Source: a virus (Duplodnaviria > Caudoviricetes). Taken from it: 57,037 nt of DNA. Position numbers and translations under genes: made by a program. The DNA lies in IMG/VR virus record IMGVR_UViG_3300021062_000017, positions 1 through 57,037 of that record; one strand, 5' to 3'. The notes under the pieces are model-generated. The model was not told the origin of the DNA and did no database searches. It was given only the letters and a program-made list of their open reading frames with translations. Below are positions 53,821-57,037 of the stretch, piece by piece (the stretch's first letter is position 1; the number at the start of each line of letters is the position of its first letter).

Positions 53821-54252
53821 TCACCCCTTGGCGTCAAGCATTGCGTCCACGCGGGCGGCCGCGCGACGCAGTTCTTCGCCGAACGCGCGCAGTTGCTGCC
53901 TCGAGCCGCTTTCGCTGATCTTGGCGCCCTTGAATTCAGTGAACAGGTCGATGATGCTGTCCAGTTTGACGGCGACCGTGCCGAACTCCAGCCCCTCGGA
54001 AAACGGCGGCAAGTCGGGCGCATCCCCAGGCTGCCCGCCAACGTGCTCCAGGACGCACACGCGCAAGGCGCCGGCATCACCGATCTCGACCACGAGGTCG
54101 AAGCCTTCGATCTGCCCAGCAATGGACCAAGCGCGGTCCAGCGCCGCCGATGCCTTCTCCTGGAGGGCCTCGAACTCGGCCATCGATTCCTGTAGGCGCT
54201 GCTGGGCGCGGTTCGTGGCGACGCGGAGTGTTGATGTGCGTGTGATGCTCAT
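53821..54252 (-). CDS. Hypothetical protein
   Basis: ATGA overlap with the terL stop. Confidence 0.55.
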   Translation of the reverse strand: MSITRTSTLRVATNRAQQRLQESMAEFEALQEKASAALDRAWSIAGQIEGFDLVVEIGDAGALRVCVLEHVGGQPGDAPDLPPFSEGLEFGTVAVKLDSIIDLFTEFKGAKISESGSRQQLRAFGEELRRAAARVDAMLDAKG

Positions 54253-56519
54253 GGGGTCCATCCTCCAAATCGGCCGCGCACTCGGCGGCCCTTCCGTGCG
54301 GCAATAGGCCGCGGGGCCGGCGCATCGAGCGCTGGCTGCGTTTTTTCGGGAGCGGCGGTGTCCGCGGCTGGGCCGGCCGGTTTCGCGGGCTCCTGCACGG
54401 GTTGTGCGGTGGACGGCGCTGCTGGGGCGGCTGGCGGCGCGGCGGTGGCGCGCTTCGGCGCCGACGGGGCGCGTTTCGTCGCCACGATGACGGCTTCCGT
54501 CGCGTCCGAGGCGGCCCGGCGCAGCGCGGCGCGCTGCAGGATCCGGCTCTCGATGGCATCCCACTGCCGGGCGGTGCGCAGGTGCAGCTTCAGCTCGCGG
54601 CTCAGCCACAGGCAGCCGACGGTGCAATCCAACGCCTCGTTCCGCCGGTCGGTGCGCTCCTGCCATTCGCGGACCCGCGGGTTCTTCTTGCTGGGCACCT
54701 TCATCTCGCCGAGCAGTTGCTCGAAGAAGTCGTCGCGGACACCCTCATACCAGTGCATGCGGCCCGGGCCGGTACCGGTCAGCCGCACCCGGCCGCCGTG
54801 CTGCGCCCAGCCGAGGATCAGGTCCTTCGCCTTCGCGGCGCCGATGGTGCGGACGCGGACGCCGTACTTCGCCGCCTTCGTCGGCTTCTTTCCGGGGTCG
54901 ATCGATGTGCGCGCCGGGGTCCAGATCTCGACGCGGCCGACGCCATCGGATGCGCCCTTGGTCGCCCTCACCGGCCGGCCGTCGCGGTTGTGCTTCCGGA
55001 CGAAGGCGTAGACGGCGTCCGAGGTCTGGCCGTCGCCGGAGTCGATGCCGATGGCAGCGATGGAAAGCGGCTCGCCGCTGGCGTGCAGCACGGCGCGCTC
55101 CATCAGTTGCTCCAGCTCGAGCCAGGCGCCGGCATGCTCGACCACGGTCTTGCCGTAGACCTCGCCCCAGTGCGCGAGCCACGCCTCTTCGCCGCGGCCG
55201 ATGACCCACGCCGTGATGGCCAGGCGGTCGTGCTGGACGTCGACGAACATCACCGGCACCAGGGCGGCGGCCGGGCAGGTCCATTCGGCATAGGGCTCGG
55301 CGCGCTCGCGGAGTTCGTCCTCCTGCGGCAGGTCGCCGCGGAACTCCCACGGGAGGCCGCGCGTGCTGTTCCAGAACGCGACCATCAGCGTCGCGTCCCC
55401 CTGCTCCAGCGCGTGGTGGGCCACCAGGAACTTGCGGGCGAGCTCGGGCACGCGGCTGCCGTCGAAGGTGCTCAGGAGCTCCGACAGGAAGAAGCCCGGC
55501 GTGCTGCTCTCGGCCGTCGGCTCCCAGCCGTAGAGCGGCGGCACCCGGGCGGCGCGGCGGATGTTCTCGATGCGATCGTCGTCGCTCCAGATCGAGCCGC
55601 AGTGCGGGCAGGCGTAGTAGGCGTCCTCCCACCTGGCGCGTCCGTAGACCTCGCGCTCGGGCCACTTCGCATCGAGCTCGGCGCGCGGCAGCGCGAGGTC
55701 GTCCTCGCTGAGGCGGAATCCCGGGATGGTGACGTGATCCCAATCCGGCGTGTGCAGGCCGCCGCAGTCCTGGCAGGCCGCCTTGAACACGCGGCGGTCT
55801 GTCGACCGCATCTCCGCGACGATGAGCGACGTCTCCTTCGCCGTCGGCGTGCCGCCGATCAGCTGCAGGTCATCGGGCGCGTAGGTCTTCGTGCGCTCGC
55901 CCAGCAGCGCAATCGCGTTGCCCTGCCCCTTCACGTTGCGGCTGGTGTCGTCGGGTTCCTCGACGATGCCGACGCGGCCCGAGGTCGACTTCACGTCGCT
56001 GGGGCTGTTCGAGGCCACCAGCTTCAGCAGGCCGCCCGGGAACTTCCGCCTCGTCGTGCCGGTGCCGGGCGCCCGGGTCTTAAGGTTCACCCGCTCGGCC
56101 AGCGCCGGCGTGGCGCGGATCATCGGCTCGAGCTTTTCGGCCGCAAAGTCCTTCGCCGATTTCTCGCGAGGGAACATGGCGACGATGGTGCTCGGCCGCC
56201 AGTGGATGTGGTACCCGATGACGTTGCACGCCACGCCGGCGGTGTAGCCGACCTGCGCGCTCTTCTGCACGATGATGCGGCGCACGTCCGGGTCGCTGGC
56301 GGCCATGAGGATGCCGCGCAGGGCCGGGGTCTCCTCGAGGCTGTAGTCGCCTGGGCGCGCGGTCTCCTCCTCCGACATCTTCCGCCGCGTCTCCGCCCAT
56401 TCGACGATCGACAGTTCGCGCCGCGGCGCCAGAGCCGCCAACGCGCGGCCGCGGGCGGCCCGTATCGACGCCTGGGCTTCGGCGGTGCTGAGGACGCCCT
56501 GCGGCACGCGAGCGTTCAC
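54249..56519 (-). CDS. terL: Terminase large subunit, lambda gpA family
   Basis: KSAQVGYT Walker A, GGTPT, VDVQHDRL, IDSG and RRNEALDC motifs. Confidence 0.95.
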   Translation of the reverse strand: MNARVPQGVLSTAEAQASIRAARGRALAALAPRRELSIVEWAETRRKMSEEETARPGDYSLEETPALRGILMAASDPDVRRIIVQKSAQVGYTAGVACNVIGYHIHWRPSTIVAMFPREKSAKDFAAEKLEPMIRATPALAERVNLKTRAPGTGTTRRKFPGGLLKLVASNSPSDVKSTSGRVGIVEEPDDTSRNVKGQGNAIALLGERTKTYAPDDLQLIGGTPTAKETSLIVAEMRSTDRRVFKAACQDCGGLHTPDWDHVTIPGFRLSEDDLALPRAELDAKWPEREVYGRARWEDAYYACPHCGSIWSDDDRIENIRRAARVPPLYGWEPTAESSTPGFFLSELLSTFDGSRVPELARKFLVAHHALEQGDATLMVAFWNSTRGLPWEFRGDLPQEDELRERAEPYAEWTCPAAALVPVMFVDVQHDRLAITAWVIGRGEEAWLAHWGEVYGKTVVEHAGAWLELEQLMERAVLHASGEPLSIAAIGIDSGDGQTSDAVYAFVRKHNRDGRPVRATKGASDGVGRVEIWTPARTSIDPGKKPTKAAKYGVRVRTIGAAKAKDLILGWAQHGGRVRLTGTGPGRMHWYEGVRDDFFEQLLGEMKVPSKKNPRVREWQERTDRRNEALDCTVGCLWLSRELKLHLRTARQWDAIESRILQRAALRRAASDATEAVIVATKRAPSAPKRATAAPPAAPAAPSTAQPVQEPAKPAGPAADTAAPEKTQPALDAPAPRPIAARKGRRVRGRFGGWTP

Positions 56520-56980
56520 GGCGCGGCCTCGTCGGCCTGGGCCCAGTCAGCCATCGTGCGCAGGAACTCGTCGTGCACTTCGCCGATCAGGCGCTCGCGG
56601 GCCTTGACGTCGGTCGCCTTCGCCAGCTTCCGAGCCAGCGCGCGGCGCGAGCGCTGCAGCTGCTCGCGCGCGGCGACGCAGGCCGCCGTCCACATCGGCT
56701 CGACCTCGGCGGCCGGGATCAGAAGCTTCTGCTTCTCGGCCAGGCGCATCGCGATCTCGTCGCCCTGCAGGCGGAACACACGATCGCGCTGGGACTCGCC
56801 CTGGACCTTGCCGACCTCGCGCTTCACGAGCCAGTCGATGCAGGCCGGGAGGTCGTATTCGCTTGGGATGCCGCGGGAGCCGCGCACGGCGATCGGAAAG
56901 CCGGCCTCCTGCCACTCGACGATGGTCTTGGGCGCGACGCCGAAAGCCTCCGCGATGCGTTCCTGGCCGACCACGCGCAT
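56516..56980 (-). CDS. terS: Terminase small subunit, Nu1 family
   Basis: wHTH QERIAEAFGVAPKTIVEWQEAGFP...YDLPACIDW. Adjacent to cos. Confidence 0.92.
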   Translation of the reverse strand: MRVVGQERIAEAFGVAPKTIVEWQEAGFPIAVRGSRGIPSEYDLPACIDWLVKREVGKVQGESQRDRVFRLQGDEIAMRLAEKQKLLIPAAEVEPMWTAACVAAREQLQRSRRALARKLAKATDVKARERLIGEVHDEFLRTMADWAQADEAAP

Positions 56981-57025
56981 CCTTACTTACCCCCGGGGAC
57001 CCGGCGGAACTGGACACAGATCGCG

Positions 57026-57037
57026 CCGCAACAGAGG
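57026..57037. repeat. cosN cohesive-end 12-mer, right copy
   Basis: Identical to positions 1-12. Confidence 0.85.

Noticed and set aside
1-57037. CRISPR array
   Set aside because: No regularly spaced repeat-spacer series seen. The repeats found are operators, iterons or coding linkers.

Overview
The window looks like a complete, GC-rich temperate siphophage genome of about 57 kb. It is opened at a lambda-like cos site: the 12-mer CCGCAACAGAGG occurs at both ends, with a cosQ-like GGGTCCT nearby. The attP core matches the 3' half of a tRNA-Arg(ACG) of Burkholderiales type (from memory, not a search). Modules: minus-strand packaging, head, tail and lysis genes (27-57 kb); a cI/cro switch with operators and promoters (10.9-12.5 kb); a plus-strand early operon with RecT/YqaJ, xis, int and attP (12.5-25.2 kb); and a minus-strand replication/methylase operon (0.1-9.2 kb). 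The standout is a non-coding RNA cassette between cro and the cII-like genes (minus strand, about 9540-10130), hidden under spurious ORFs. In order it holds a hammerhead ribozyme, a YrlA-type Y RNA (circularly permuted tRNA mimic) whose 5' end coincides with the predicted cleavage site, a tRNA-Glu(UUC) with an altered anticodon loop, and a second non-canonical tRNA-like RNA. I recognise no Ro60/Rsr or RtcB gene in the genome. All protein calls come from motif recognition and synteny, not database searches.
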